DNA of 64,000 nucleotides from Eledone cirrhosa (Eukaryota). The notes under the pieces are model-generated. The model did no database searches and was not told the origin of the DNA. It worked only from the letters and a program-made list of their open reading frames with translations. Below are positions 50,099-64,000 of the stretch, in pieces. The position numbers and the translations under genes were made by a program. Position 1 is the stretch's first letter. Each line of letters opens with the position of its first letter. The stretch is taken from the NCBI GenBank assembly GCA_964016885.1, contig OZ024742.1:318060001-318124000 (forward strand), in the 5' to 3' direction.

Positions 50099-50536
50099 TA
50101 ATCTTTGTGTGATCAAATACAAAGTTGCCTTAGAATGAAATTAAAAATGGAACCTAAACAGAACAGACTAATATATTGTCCGGCTTGCTGCTGTGTATTG
50201 TTTGGTTCATCCCAACCGCCTTTGTTTTTATTTTACACAACTAATAATATATTAAAATGAATATTTTCATGCTACATATTTACAAGACCCATGAGAATGT
50301 TGGTCTCTTGACGATTTTATTTGATGACTAAAAATATATATATATATATCCATGGCATGTAATTATTGTAATCTAACCCAGAGGAATTGAATGAGAAAAG
50401 CAGTAGTCTCAAGACATTCGTTAAAAAGCAATTCGAGAGTAATCCCTTGTTTCAAATATTCTGCATGTTTTCATGGTCAGATAGCTAGCTAGTTAGCTAG
50501 ACAGACAGATAGATAGATAGATAGATAGATAGATAT

Positions 50537-51946
50537 ATTTCTTTATTAGCCACAGGGGCACAAAAGAAGGGGACAAATACAAAGGGGGAAGATAGATAGA
50601 TAGATATGTTTCTTTATTAGCCACAGGGGCACAAAAGAAGGGGACAAATACAAAGGGGGAAGTTTACATACAATAAAAACGTGTAAAATATCACAAATGC
50701 AATTTAAAAAATTAGTCGATTTTCCCCAATAGGGGGAGACAGTTCATATGGGTAACACTTACCCCCGAAAAAATGTGCAATCCTCATCTCCAGGAGTACG
50801 AAGAGTTTGTATTCCTTTCCTTTCCTCCTCCTTTTCCTCAACCTACAGGCTGATATAGAGAGAAGGCCCATTCACTCGGGCCATTCTCGCCACTTTCACC
50901 CACCTTTCATAAAACTTGCTGGGGTACAGCACCTCTCTCTCCATCCCGATTCTTCTTCCAAAGTGGTATTTGAAAAAAAGAGTCAGTTGTTGGCCGGAGA
51001 GAAAGGTGTCTGACCTCAGCCCTTAGATAGATAGATATATTTCTTTATTAGCCACAGGGGCACAAAAGAAGGGGACAAATACAAAGGGGGAAGTTTACAT
51101 ACAATAAAAACGTGTAAAATGTTATCACAGATGGAATTTAAAAAGTTAGTCGATTTTCCCCAATAGAGGGAGACAGTTTATATGGGTAACACTTACCCCC
51201 GAAAAAAAATGTGCAACCCTCATCTCCAGGAGTACGAAGAGTTTGTACTCCCTTCCTCTCCTCCTCCTTTTCCTCAACCTACAGGCTGATATAGAGAGAA
51301 GGCCCATTCACTCGGGCCATTCTCGCCACTTTCACCCACCTTTCATAAAACTTGCTGGGGTACAGCACCTCTCTCTCCATCCCGATTCTTCTTCCAAAGT
51401 GGTATTTGAAAAAAAGAGTCAGTTGTTGGCCGGAGAGAAAGGTGTCTGACCTCAGCCCTTTCAACCTTGTCCACCATACAACCTCTTTCGCCATAGCTAT
51501 CACACAAAGGAAAACCGCCTCTCCTTTTTGGAGGAGGGTGGCGGTTTGATCATGATAATGGACTCGGTGGTCAACTGGACTGGTCCCACCCGCGACAATA
51601 GTCGTTCTACATAGCCCCACAGGTCAGTGACGCCCGGGCAGTGTATGAATGTGTGCGCGACGGTTTCTTCGTCTCGCACGCACCTCGGACAGATCTTAGA
51701 TAGATAGATAGTTAGCTAGATAGACAGATAGATGGATAGATAGACAGAGAGATAGACAGACATAGATAGATAGATAGATAGATAGATATATTTCTTTATT
51801 AGCCACAAGGGCACACAAGAAAAGGGGACAATACAAAGACACATGGCGGGGATTTTACATACAATCGCGTAAAAAATGTTAACATACAAATTCAACAATG
51901 GAAATCCCCAATAGGGGGGAGACGTTACAAATGGGTTTATATCCCG
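50537..51946 (-). mobile_element. Four serial 5'-truncated Tx1/L1-like LINE 3' ends in (GATA)n
   Basis: TTTCTTTATTAGCCACA at about 50538, 50609, 51040 and 51791; longest copy encodes CPRCARDEETVAHTFIHCP (CCHC) and KEVVWWTR...FYERW. Confidence 0.82.
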
Positions 51947-52490
51947 TAGATAGACAGATAGATAGTTGTGTCTGTACGTGAGGATTAGTTTTGATAAATG
52001 AAACAACAAAATAAATAATAATAAATGAATAATAAAGAGAAAACATTGTAGCTACGGAGATGGATAACTTCATGGATGGAGAGAGAGAGAGAAACTGGGT
52101 GAGAGTGAGTGTGTGTGTGAGAGAGAGAAAGAGAGACCGTGAAAGATTGAATGTGTGTGAGAGAGGGGGAGGAGAGAGAGAGAGAGAGACGGAGGAGAAC
52201 CCCAAGTAAAAATGTTGAGGGAATTCCTCTTTCTTGAAGTAATTACAGATGTCTTGAGATGTTAGAGCTTCTTATTGCGACACCAGGAACAATATTGTTA
52301 TGGCGAAGTTATAAAAGTGTAGTAGACTTCTGTTGTCCCAGAAGAATGAATGTTAAAGTTAATTTCGTTACATTTGCATCCTGAACCTACAGGGATTAAA
52401 TTTAACTCTGGATTGCAAATAATCCGTTTCTATAGGGTGTCAAATATCACCATCGCTTCTATTTAAGATGCTATTTATTATTGGAGAAGC

Positions 52491-52712
52491 AAGGGTGGCG
52501 GATTGGCGGTATCGGTAGAGCGTCAGTCTTTGTGCTTTGCAGCATAGAGTTATGGCTCTTTCGTTTTGAGTTCAAATACCGCCGAGGTTAGCTTTGTCTT
52601 TCATCCTTATGGGGTCGATAAAATAAAGTTCCGGTGGGGTCGATTTAATCGACCTTCCCCTCAAATTGCTGACCTTGTACCTAAAGGTCAAAAACCTAAA
52701 TCAGAAACTATT
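52491..52712 (+). mobile_element. tRNA-derived SINE
   Basis: A and B boxes plus the family core. Confidence 0.8.
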
Positions 52713-52929
52713 ATTGGGCAAGCAAAGATAGTATCATTATTTTTTTATTCGGCATACGCCATAAATAACTGTATTTTAACTTTTAACGTCTTGTATCGCA
52801 TCAAACTGCAGCAGCAAGACGTTCTTAAAATGTTCAAAACAGCATTATGAGTGCATCATATTAAAAATGATAGTTTTTCCTTTAGTTTGCTGCATACGTG
52901 CTCAACGATCTGTTCACAAGTAAAGATAC

Positions 52930-53180
52930 CAGTGACGTAGCTAGAGTGTGTACCGCCCGGGGCAGCCCTTCAGTTTGCCACCCCAGGAACCCCACAGAAA
53001 ATACATATTGCTCAGTGACTCACTCTTAAAGTTATATATATATATATATATATTAACTAGTCTGTGTACAATTATAATATTATGCTGCATCATTAAATAA
53101 ACGCTTATAGCCTACAGCTGACTCGCCCAAAAGATTTGCCCGGGGCGGACTGCGCCCCTTGCCACCTAGCTAAGTTACTG
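52930..53180. mobile_element. hAT-like MITE
   Basis: CAGTGACGTAGCTAG...CTAGCTAAGTTACTG with perfect 8-bp duplication AAAGATAC. Confidence 0.85.
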
Positions 53181-53915
53181 AAAGATACTATACATGTTTA
53201 AATTAACAAACCCGTTTCTAGATATTTTCTGCTAAATCAATACTGCACATCAAGAAGTAAGGGAAGTGAACAATGGAATGTAATAATATTTAGGCCGTCT
53301 GCAATGAAATAAAAGTACTTTTAACAAGGAATCAAAACTACGTAGCAGATTTAACTCGCCAGGAACTTCACTTTCCTGTAATACAAGGGAGTTAAATGAT
53401 ACGACTATATACACATCGCTACAGCAGTAATAAAATATACGTATGTATGGTCCCGTAACTCCTGATAGTCGTAGGGTCACCGTATTGACATCTGGCGTTT
53501 CTTGGACATTTTAAACCTGGCGTCATTTTAAGCCTGAGTACAGCAGATTTCTTCCAGAGAAAGATAGAAATTGAAAGAGAGGAAAATGAGAAAGAAATAT
53601 AGTGGAAGAATCTACAGCAGTAGACAGGTACTTTTTTTATCGACCTCGAAAGGATTTGAACTCCGAGAGCAGAGAACCGGAACGAATATCATAAAGCATT
53701 CTATCCGCCGTTCTAACGACTCTGCCAACTCGCCGCCTATACATACATTCAAATATTTGATATTAATTTAGTATGTGTAACAAATGTGTTTTGTTAATTC
53801 AACAGATATTACTATGTTTCACGATAGTTTAGGAATCTGAAGGTCACACAATTTTACTAAGGCCAGCACATTGACGATAGAATGTATTGGTTTCAACAAC
53901 GAGATGATTACGATA

Positions 53916-54149
53916 TTAACTCTTTTGATACAAACCCGCTCCAAATCACTTCTTTTTCTATGAAACAAAACATGCATTTTAAAGAGTTCTTATTTAAAAC
54001 CTTTAAACGTAATTTTATATAAGAACATTTTGTTATGGTACAAATTCCATTTTAATGAAGTCATAATTTTAGTGAATCCTTCCCCAATTCTTCAGTAATT
54101 AATTATAATATAAAGTATTTCATTAGAAATACGGAAATGAAAGGGTTAA
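53916..54149. mobile_element. piggyBac-type MITE, second family
   Basis: TTAACTCTTTTGATAC...GAAAGGGTTAA; termini resemble the element starting at 18703. Confidence 0.55.
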
Positions 54150-54516
54150 AGGAATTTTTAGAACTCATTACTTAAATCTCACGTACAGAAATGGTGTGAC
54201 AGAAACTGCTGAGCGCCAAATTAATTACCTTGCAGTATTTTGTTTCATCCGTTTATGCTCAGTTCAAATCCCATCAGAGTTATGTCTAACATTAGGAATC
54301 AATAACTAAGCACTGGTCATGTACCATTTAATTGCCTATAACATTTGTATAATAAATCAATATTTATTTATTTTACACGGTATGATAAATGGTGTCAGTT
54401 CTTTGAAGATTTCCCAATAAGATCTATTCTGTCAACTGTATTGAATCAGGAGAGAGTATCAGATAAAATCTGAGCAGAGCTCAATATTACATTCCAACAA
54501 AATATAGGTGTCTGTG

Positions 54517-54683
54517 CAGTGCCAGATTTATGACAAACGAGGCCCTGTGCCAGTTAAGTTATGAAGCCCTTTACTTGCACACTGAAAGAGGTAAACAGTT
54601 TTGGGGGCAGGAAGATGTCGCCCCTCTGGCCAACTGGGCCCTGTTCTTAAGCATACCTAAGCACAATGGTAAATCCGGCACTG
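54517..54683. mobile_element. hAT-like MITE
   Basis: CAGTGCCAGATTTA...TAAATCCGGCACTG; 8-bp duplication TGTCTGTG/TGTCCGTG. Confidence 0.85.
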
Positions 54684-55388
54684 TGTCCGTGGGAAAGAAA
54701 ATGTTGGGAGCCACTAATGTAGTGTAATGACGGAAAGATAGAACTCTGATAGGCTAGAATGGGTTTAGAACAAATAGGTTTCTTCGTTTTGTCGTTCATA
54801 ACCTTTTCAGATCATGTAAAGTTTAGAAAGACATCCCTACTGTACGACGTCCCTGACTCAGTTCAGTAAAGCGAAGCCTGTCTGTCCTGGATTGACTTTT
54901 ATTCTTTTGTTTGTATTTATTTAATTTCCTTCGTTGTTCCGGCAGAGTTGGAAAAAAAAAAGACAGCAAATTATCTAATACTTCATCAATTAGATATTTT
55001 GGTAATTAGATAATACCTGCCTCAAGTATTTCTTTGTTAAGAAAAATCGTGTAGGGTTATGAAACTCGTTTTACAATCGCGTTTCCGGATCTCGTAGTGC
55101 GGCACCTTAGACAAGCATCTTTTAAAATAGTCATTGTTCAACTGTCAGTGAAATTTGGTAGACAGAAATTTGACGGAATTATGTCGGAATCGGAGCGAAT
55201 ACCGAGAAACATTCTATCCGACGTTCTAATGATTCTGCCAATTCACCGCCCTTGGATATTTAATTGAAAATAAAATACAGTCCCTTAGGAAATTGGTTGT
55301 GGTCTTCAACAAAAATTATGCAATGAAGTTCGTACGTATGCCATGAGCAGAAGAGAAATCTGACATATCTGAGATGTCTCTATCTCTG

Positions 55389-55449
<61 letters not shown>

Positions 55450-55504
55450 TCTTTGTTATTAGTAATATGTCTAGTTGAATTTTTTTATACATTTGCTTAG
55501 AAAA

Positions 55505-55690
55505 TAATTGTTTCTACTTTAGGCACAATGCCAGCAATTATCCCAGTGTATTACTGGTACTTTATTTTATCGACCCGTAAGGATGAAAGGCAAAGTTAAC
55601 CTCGGCGGGATTTGAACTCAGACCATAAAGGGCCGTAACTCTTTGCTACAAAGCATGGCGTCCGACCCTCTACTGATACTGCCAATCTAC
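55505..55690 (-). mobile_element. tRNA-derived SINE
   Basis: Reverse complement of the family consensus including A and B boxes. Confidence 0.8.
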
Positions 55691-56216
55691 ACGCAATAAA
55701 GAGTAGGATGGTGCATAGAGAAAGTAAACCGAGAAGATGATCCGTCGATTTCCCAAACGTATTGTTTAATCTGCGGTTGTAACGAGGTACAATCCCGACT
55801 CACGAGGTACGAGACTTTAATTCCATTCATCTATTAAGAGACTCTCCTGATAGTGTTAAACATTCATTTTAACGCAACACTCAGATGCAGCATACATTTT
55901 CTTCAAAATAGATTAAAACAAAATTTCGCCTTGCTGCGAATATAGTTCTAGTTAGTTTGATGTTAATCTTTAAAAGAATTTTAGTAGAGGAATCTTCCAT
56001 TTCTTTGCATCTTTATTGTTTTATTATTATATATATATTTTTTTTAAATTTATTCGTCTATTTTATTCTATCTTTTAAAAATTTCATTTTATCCTTCCTT
56101 CAGCATTACTGCTTTCATTCCTACTTTCTAATGTCTGACATCACAGAATATTCCCTAAGCCATGTGTTCTATTCTCAAGTGTTTCTGCCAATAAAACATT
56201 TACACATACATATTCT

Positions 56217-56269
<53 letters not shown>

Positions 56270-56360
56270 ATGTGTGCGTGTGTGTGTCTGTATGTGTGAG
56301 TGTGTGTGTATAAATATATATATATATATATAGTCACACGCATATTTACATTTACATAGG

Positions 56361-56446
<86 letters not shown>

Positions 56447-56472
56447 ACACGCATATTTACATTTACATAGGC

Positions 56473-56610
<138 letters not shown>

Positions 56611-56769
56611 CATATGCCGGGAACAGTTTTTAAACATAATATATTGATTAGTTTTATCAGGGACGTTTCGTATTTCCTGATTAGTTCGTATGCTTAGTTT
56701 GGAACATTCGCCTTCCTATATCCACGTGTATGTTTACGTTTCGAAGCCGTTTTACACAATTTTGTATGG

Positions 56770-57094
56770 CAGACCTGTCAAATCTCCCCGTCCGACTGTT
56801 TGGAGTGGGTGAGAGATAGCTTTCATTATATAAAAGGGTGGTGGATTGGCAGTATCGGTAGAGGGTCAGACACCATGCTTTGCAGCACAGAGTTATGGCA
56901 CAGTTAACTTTGCCTTTCATCCTTACGGGGTCGATAAAATAAAGCACCAGTAATGCACTGGGGCAATTGCTGGCTTTGTGCCAAAAGTAGAAACAATTAT
57001 GTAAAATCTCCCCATTTTTCCTTATTTCTTCCCGTTTTGAGGCACTTTTTTCCATGGTAGTTCCCGTTTGGGTTTTTAGAGGTTGGCAGGTCTG
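56770..57094. mobile_element. CAGACCTG MITE (6-bp duplication GTATGG) with nested SINE at 56836-56995
   Basis: Inverted homolog of 11-205; SINE flanked by ATTATATAAAA/ATTATGTAAAA. Confidence 0.85.
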
Positions 57095-57770
57095 GTATGG
57101 AGTTTTATATATAATTATAATGTTATCGACTAACGTGGAGGCTCTACTAATATCAAAATAGTAACCTAAAATTAACATACATATAAAACATACATAAAAC
57201 TGATTTTAACTGCCAAGCTTCAACCGTTGAGAAATTAAACATCTGGCGTCTATGATCTCCTACGACTCCCATGATCCTTTACGACCACTGCTAAGCACGT
57301 GACCAACACGCCACTAGTATGACCATTCTGATTCTGAATATGGAGCCACGAAAGCCTCGAAATATTAATACACACATTTAGGGTTTAGGAACTCCATTGT
57401 TCCAAACTAAGTATAAAAAACTAAGGAACTACGAAGAAACCTTAACAAAATTAATCAAACTAGAGCACAGTTGTATTTTCAATATAACACACACACATAT
57501 GACATAATTCATTGTTACAGGCTATGTTGCTTTGCTATCTACAATAGCTGGTCGTATAAATTATCTCTAATAAACACGCGTTTTCTACAATATAGTATTG
57601 AGTACTATACTGTACTCATTTGAAACGCTCCTCACAAACGTAGTAAGAAAAACCAAGAAAAATACATACATAAATATGTATGTACGTATGTACGTATGTA
57701 TGTATGTATGTATGTATGTATGTATGTATGTATGTATGTATGTATGTATGTATGTATGTATGTATGTATG

Positions 57771-58650
57771 TTCTTCTGGTTTTATAATTTCACAATTCTT
57801 TACCAATAGAGAGAGAGTCGGTTTCTAACATAGACACAAGACTCTCTCATTGGAATTTACACAACATCAACTAGGTAGATATGTATGTATGCATGCATGT
57901 GTAGATATGGATATCATTATATGTGTGGATGTGTATGTTTTGAGTTGTATGTGTGCATGTGTATATGCTTTGTATCTGTACATGTGTACATGCAGTTATT
58001 AGATGCAACATTTTTTGAATGTTTTACATATTTTTACTGTTCCATTAATGGATTTTACTTGTAATTTCCTAACTAGTTGTGTTCTTTCTGTTCCTGTGAA
58101 GCCTAGCTTCTCAAGATTTGTATTGAGGCAGTTACTAACATACCCCAGTGCCCCAATAATCACAGGCATAAATCTGAAGGTGTAATCAGGGTGGAGTATC
58201 TGCAGATTTCTCATCAGTTCTGTATAAATATTCTCCTTTTCGCTAATCTTTGATATTATATTGGCATCTGCTGGGCAGCTAATTTCCACTACTGTGCATG
58301 CTTTCTTCTCCCTGTCCCATATCATAATATCTGGTCTCTTATGCCTGCATTTTATTTGAGTTTTTACTGGGACATTCCACCAGTACTCTTTCATATTATG
58401 TACATCGATGTCTTCCACATTGCTGTAGCTTTTAATGTGTTTATTATCGGGGCTATCTTTTTTACGAACTGCATTGTACAGTGTTTTGGCCGCTACATCA
58501 TGCCTCATAGGTAGATAGTACCGCGATGACATCTTTGGACAGCTGCTGATGACATGGGTGATATCCTCGATGTTAGTTCTGCAGTCTGCACTTGTTATCA
58601 CATCTAGGTATTTTACCTGCATCCTTATCTCTTTTGTGAATCAGGTATTT
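57771..58650 (-). mobile_element. R4/Dong-like non-LTR element 3' fragment (CCHC plus RLE) in (TACA)n
   Basis: IQEQEI...CRL...EDITHVISSCP, RHD, HKRPDIMIWD, VEISCP, PVIIGALG. Confidence 0.85.
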
Positions 58651-58835
58651 CGTGTTAATCTCCTGTTCTTGTATGTATGTATGTATGTATGTATGTATGT
58701 ATGTATGTATGTATGTATGTATGTATGTATGTATGTACGTATGCATGCACTCACGCACGCACTCACGTATGTATGTATGTATGTATGTATGTATGTATGT
58801 ATGTATGTATGTATGTATGTATGTATGTATGTATG

Positions 58836-61038
58836 TTTTCTCTTTCTCTTAATTTCGAGTATATTTTTTTGACCGGCCACCTTCCTGGTGGCAAGGTTGT
58901 AAAAGAAAAGAAATTGTCATCCCTTGAATCGCAAGAATGTTTTGCAAATTTTGAAGGTGCCAGCTATCGCAGCCATTTGTAGACTATGAATTAGGGAGCT
59001 GCGCTTTTTGTCCACAAATCCAAGTTCAGTCATACTTTGCTCCAAGCGGGTTGGTATATAACCCGTAGCACCAATAATGATGGGTATGAAGCTAAAGGTG
59101 TATCTTGGATACTGGATTTGTAAACTCCTCATCAATGGTCCGTAGATGTCCTCCTTCTCCTGTATTTTTCTGACAACGTTTACATCAAGTGGGCAGCTGA
59201 TCTCCACAACAGAACACGTTTTCAATGTGTGGTCCCAAACTACAATATCAGGCCGGTTGTGCTTTAATTTGGTGGCAGTTTTTATTTTCAGGTTCCACCA
59301 GTATTCCTTAGTGCCATCTGTCTCAATATATTCTTCCTCGTTTGTTGTTAATTTTGTTTTCCGAAGTGCGTTCCAGATGGTTCTAGCTATCCCATCGTGT
59401 CTCATGGGGAGGTAGTAGCGAGATGACATTCTTTCGCAGCTGGCAACAATGTGGCTTACATCCTCGATCTTTGTTTTACATAGCCTACATTTATTGTCAG
59501 CTGCTGGCCCTCCTCTTTTGTGCAGCAGATATTTGGTAGGGAGTTCTTGTTCCTGTATTGCATAGAGATATCCCTCAAGGTGTGATGTCATAAACTTGTC
59601 GGAACTCCATGCCAGGCTTTTTGAGTGGTTTATCCCCTCTATGGTCTGTGTTTTACGCCTCAAGTATCCATGCACAACTTTTTCTGTAAATTGGTCAATT
59701 TTTTAATCTTGTTTGAACATTGAATAGGATCTTCCGATTTCTCTGGGTGAGAGATTTATATCAGGCTTTATTCCATATCTCTCCTCCAGATCAGTCGCTA
59801 TTCTAATGATATTTCTTTTTTCATGGTCAAGATGGTTGCCAACCTTTTTCCTCTGTTGAAGGTGTTGCTTCAGTGTTACTATCCGGGTCTCATATGTTGT
59901 TAATATTGATTTTAGACCCCGGCCACCTTCCTTGCGTGAGAAGTATAGCCTATCCACATCACCATTGATATTAAAGTTCCCAGTAACACTGAGAAGTTTT
60001 CGAGTTCTAACATCCATCTCACTTAGTTCTTGCAATGACCAGTTCAGTAGGCCAAATGTTGGCGTTAGAATTGGCACAGCATAAGTATTGTGGGCAATGT
60101 ATTTGTTGTATGCTGACAGTTCTGATGACCATATTTTCTTTACTCTTCTGAGGTATTCAGTTCTGGTTCTCTCCTTATTTATGGGTCCATCATATCTGAC
60201 ATTCTCATCCTGTCCAAGATATCTGTAGTTGTCACCTGACTGCAGAGGTTGTATTGTCAGGCCGTTCATCTCTAGATTTCTAGAGGAGGGCACAGCTCTT
60301 CCACGTTTTACTGTCAAATATGCACACTTGGACTCACCAAATTTCATTTTGATGTCGGTTGAAAATTGTGTAATGAGGTCCAATTGTTTCTTGATGTCAT
60401 TGATATTTGGCCCATACAACTTCAGGTCATCAACAAAGAAAAGATGGGAGATACTTCTGGGCCCACTTCTTTGTCCACCTTGTTTCCTGAGTAGGTAAGA
60501 TAGTGGATTCAGTGAGAGAACGAAGAGTAGCACTGACAAGCTATCACCCTGAAAGATGCCCTTCTGGTAATGTATCTTATCAGTCTTAACCTGCTCCTTC
60601 TCACCTCTAAGGATCAAACTGTTGTACCAGTTCTTGGTCAGGCGTTCAACAGCAGCTACCAATGGTTGTGGGACTTTAGCTAACTGTAAAGCCTTACCCC
60701 CATGAGGTACACTATCAAATGCTTTTTGATAGTCCAGCCACACGACAGTCATGTTTCTGCGATTCTTTGTTGTTTTTTCCTGAATCATTTTGTTAGTTAG
60801 TAGGTGATCTATGCAACCCCACACCTACCTCTTTCCACCAGCTTGCTCAGGTGTTATGATGTTGTTGGTAGCACAGTGATCCTGTAAGAACAGGTTAAGG
60901 CACCCAGTATATAATTTATACATGATGTTTTGGCAGGCTATTGGGCGGTAATTTTTAGCAAGGGTGGTTTGGCTATTTTGGGGAATGAGGAGAGTAGAGG
61001 CAGTTGATAACCATCTGGGCCGTTCTTATGTGCCCTTA
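58836..61038 (-). mobile_element. R4/Dong-like non-LTR element, 5'-truncated (RT, CCHC, RLE), with frameshifts and a stop
   Basis: NYRPIAC, DYQKAFDSVPH, GIFQGDSLS, FVDDLK, EGGRGL, CRLC...H...C, RHD, RPD, EISCP. Confidence 0.9.
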
Positions 61039-61265
61039 ATGGTTTCTGTAAACAGCCGTATGTATGTATGTATGTATGTATGTATGTATGTATGTATGTA
61101 TGTATGTATGTATGTATGTATGTATGCATGTATGTATGTATGTATGTACGTACGTATGTATGTATGTATGTATGTATGTATCTATGTATGTATGTATGTG
61201 TGTGTGTATATGTACGTACGTACGTATGTATGTATGTATGTATGTATGTATGTATGTATGTGTAT

Positions 61266-61577
61266 GACTTGTTCTTCTTTTTGGTAAATATCATCTTGGT
61301 CAAGAGAGTGGGACTGGCTTTGTGCAGTGCCTTTGCTCACTATAAAAGCTTCACGGCACAGGCATTGCTTTATATCTGGAGACCTCTCTGCACTTGTCGT
61401 CACATGGTACCATGGGCCCAGCACTATGTGTCAATAATTATCACAGGTGTAGTGTTTGTACCAGAGTTTTCAAGTCGCTGGCTGGACTAAAAAGTCACAC
61501 TCGTTCAGCGCATCGGTAGGGGTTCTCCTACATGGATATAAAGTAGTGGCCGTACTCGAAAACGAGTTGGCAGCCAC
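61266..61577 (+). mobile_element. 5'-truncated copy of the 590-bp retroposon
   Basis: Near-identical to 39371-39681; flanked by (TATG)n. Confidence 0.75.
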
Positions 61578-62804
61578 CATGTGTGTGTGTATATGTACGT
61601 ACGTATGTATGTATGTATGTATGTATGTATGTATGTATGTATGTATGTATCTATGTATGTATATATTACAAGTTTTTTTTCGCTAAAATGTAAATTATTT
61701 ACGAAAGATCTGTCGTCTCTTCTGCGTCATCTTCCAACGTGTTGTGAGATGAAACGTTAGTAATTAATTTAGCTTTCAGCTAAAATAAAGATTTATACAT
61801 CATACTCTAGTTCGTTATAAACTTGTATTGAGTTACTTTTCAAAGTATGTGGTTATTTTTTCTAACAAACAAATATATTTTCATGTATATATCGATATGT
61901 TTATGAACAAAATAGACAAACATTGTGTAGATGCGTGGTTCGGTTACAACGTTTTTATGGTTAATATATAAATTGTGGTAGCTTTTCATAATAAAAGCAA
62001 ATAAATTTCAAATTCTTATATATTTATATATATGGGAAACAGCTTTTATTTTAGACATGTATGGAAACCACAATTGTTTATTAGAAGACGAGTAGTAGTG
62101 ATGATGAAGCTAAAATCTGCAGCTGAAATAGCAGAACTATTTGAAGTAAAAGAATTGACATAAACGAATGAATGTATATATTAGAGAATCTCTGATGAAT
62201 TTAGAATAAGTATACCTACTCCTACACCTCATATAAACTCTGAATAAACGAATGTAAATACATTATTATTCTCTTCGTACTACATACGCTTTACTACGTA
62301 TAAATATTTATTATTTAATTAATCATGTCGCTAGACAATGCTTGGTAAGCTATTTCAACCAAATCTTGGTTCGTGTTTGATGTACATAGTTGTATAGTTC
62401 TCTTTGTGAACAGAAAATTGGATTACTTGTTTTCTGATAAACAGCCAATAAGGTGTAAAATATGTAAAAGCGATGCTACTATTTTTCTCTGTAAGAAAAG
62501 ATTAATAAAAACATTTGTATTTTCACAGCGAGGGTTATCATTTAAACTGTAGGTATATCTATGATAAATATTTCTCAGATTTTTCAAATATGTGCTGGTG
62601 TGCGCGCGCGCACACACAAACACACACACACACACACACACACATGTATGTATAAAGTTATATATATGAAATGTAGTTGTTCCACCGCAGATGACTATAA
62701 TATAAATGATAGTTGAAAAGTTCGAATGCCGGACAAATATGTTAATCAGTACGCTAAGATGTGCCGGACCACTGATTGTCGTCTTGCACAAGATTCTTAG
62801 ACTT

Positions 62805-62997
62805 GCTTAGAAGTGTAAACAATTTAGGCACAAGACCAACGATTTGGGGGAAGGGAAAGTCGATTAAATCGACCCCCAGTGCATTACTGGTACTTTATTT
62901 TACGACCCCGTAAGGATGATAGGCAAAGCTAACTTCGGCGGGATTTGAACTCTGTGTCACTAAGTATGTTGTCCGACGCTCTACCGATTCTGCCAAC
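62805..62997 (-). mobile_element. tRNA-derived SINE
   Basis: Family consensus on the minus strand. Confidence 0.8.
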
Positions 62998-63196
62998 CTA
63001 ACGATTCTAATAATAGTCGTTCATTATAAGAATATTTTTTTTAATCTGGTAAAATCAACTGACTGTTTACACTTCTAACCACAGGCTTAACGTCTTCCAA
63101 AATATTGTAATCAGTGGCCGACATTCGAAAGAAGCGGAGTTCGATTCCTCGAAAGCGCCTTTCTTCACTGTTTCCGTCTACTCAATTATTATCCAA

Positions 63197-63385
63197 GGGC
63201 GGTGAATTGGCAGTATCGGTAGAGGGTTGGACGCCATGCTTTCTAGCATAGTTACGTCCTATTACGGTCTGAGTTCAAGTTCCGTCTAGGTTAACTTTGC
63301 CTTTCATCCTTACGGGGTCGATAAAATAAAGTACCAGTAATGTACTGGATATTTGCTGGCTTTGTGCCAAAAGTAGAAACAATTA
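63197..63385 (+). mobile_element. tRNA-derived SINE
   Basis: TGGCAGTATCGGTAGAG, GAGTTCAAGTTCC and the family core. Confidence 0.8.
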
Positions 63386-64000
63386 TTATCCACAGTATTC
63401 GACTATCATTACAGTCATCTGCGTTGGGACAACTGCCTTTCAAAATTTCCCAATACTTCTTAAGTCAGACGGTTGTTATATTGAAATATATAGAAAATCA
63501 TGAACGCCTGATTAAAATTTTTTCAACAATTGAAGCCTGGCAGTTATAAATGGTTTCATGTATGGTGTGTTTTTTTTTAGTGGCGGTGGGAGGGACTTGA
63601 ACCCTAGAGAGGGTCCAGGGGAATGCTGGGGCCTAAGGGTGTGAGTCGGTAGAGATGATATAATAGTATATTAAATATCAAATGATACATATTATATATA
63701 AATATAGTAAGATAAAAAATATATATTTATTTATACATAGTATATATTTTGTTATTTATTATATGTTATTTACAATTTGCGTGTGGGTAAGTCTCTCTGG
63801 AAATAGAGCTGGGGGTCGCTGAAGGTATTACGTGACCGTAAGGGGAGGGGGGGGGGGGGGGGTAGCCCCAAAAGTTTGAGAACCATAAAGCATTCTATCC
63901 GACGTTTTAATGACTCCGCCAACTCACCGCCTCTCTACGCGTTTATCTTTACAAATATTCTGAATAGAAAGGAAACAGGTAAAAAAAAAATCATTAATCA

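Noticed and set aside
53322-53376. Possible small host exon on minus (ESEVPGELNLLRSFDSLLK)
   Set aside because: Acceptor is plausible but the donor is weak, and there is no recognisable homology or partner exon; RNA-seq would be needed.

Overview
AT-rich eukaryotic intergenic or intronic DNA with no supportable host gene. The repeat content suggests a cephalopod such as Octopus (inference only). About a third of the window is interrupted (TA)n/(TATG)n microsatellite, with one 200-N gap; the many long YI/YM/CI ORFs are artefacts of it. Real content: (1) a young, compact, GC-rich Gypsy-type LTR retrotransposon (6693-10894) with gag, a -1 frameshift heptamer plus pseudoknot, and pol; (2) a Penelope-like (Naiad-like) RT/GIY-YIG element with an inverted pseudo-LTR, plus several hammerhead-ribozyme stubs; (3) 5'-truncated RTE, CR1-like, Tx1-like, R4/Dong-like and CRE non-LTR elements; (4) many tRNA-derived SINEs and MITEs. 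The most notable pattern is that each young retroelement clade sits in a particular simple repeat: Penelope and CR1 in (TA)n, RTE in (TA)nTGGATATGTG, Tx1 in (GATA)n, Dong in (TACA)n. One insertion duplicated about 55-60 bp of TA-flanked target. This suggests a self-reinforcing retroelement-microsatellite system, which is a hypothesis and not shown here.
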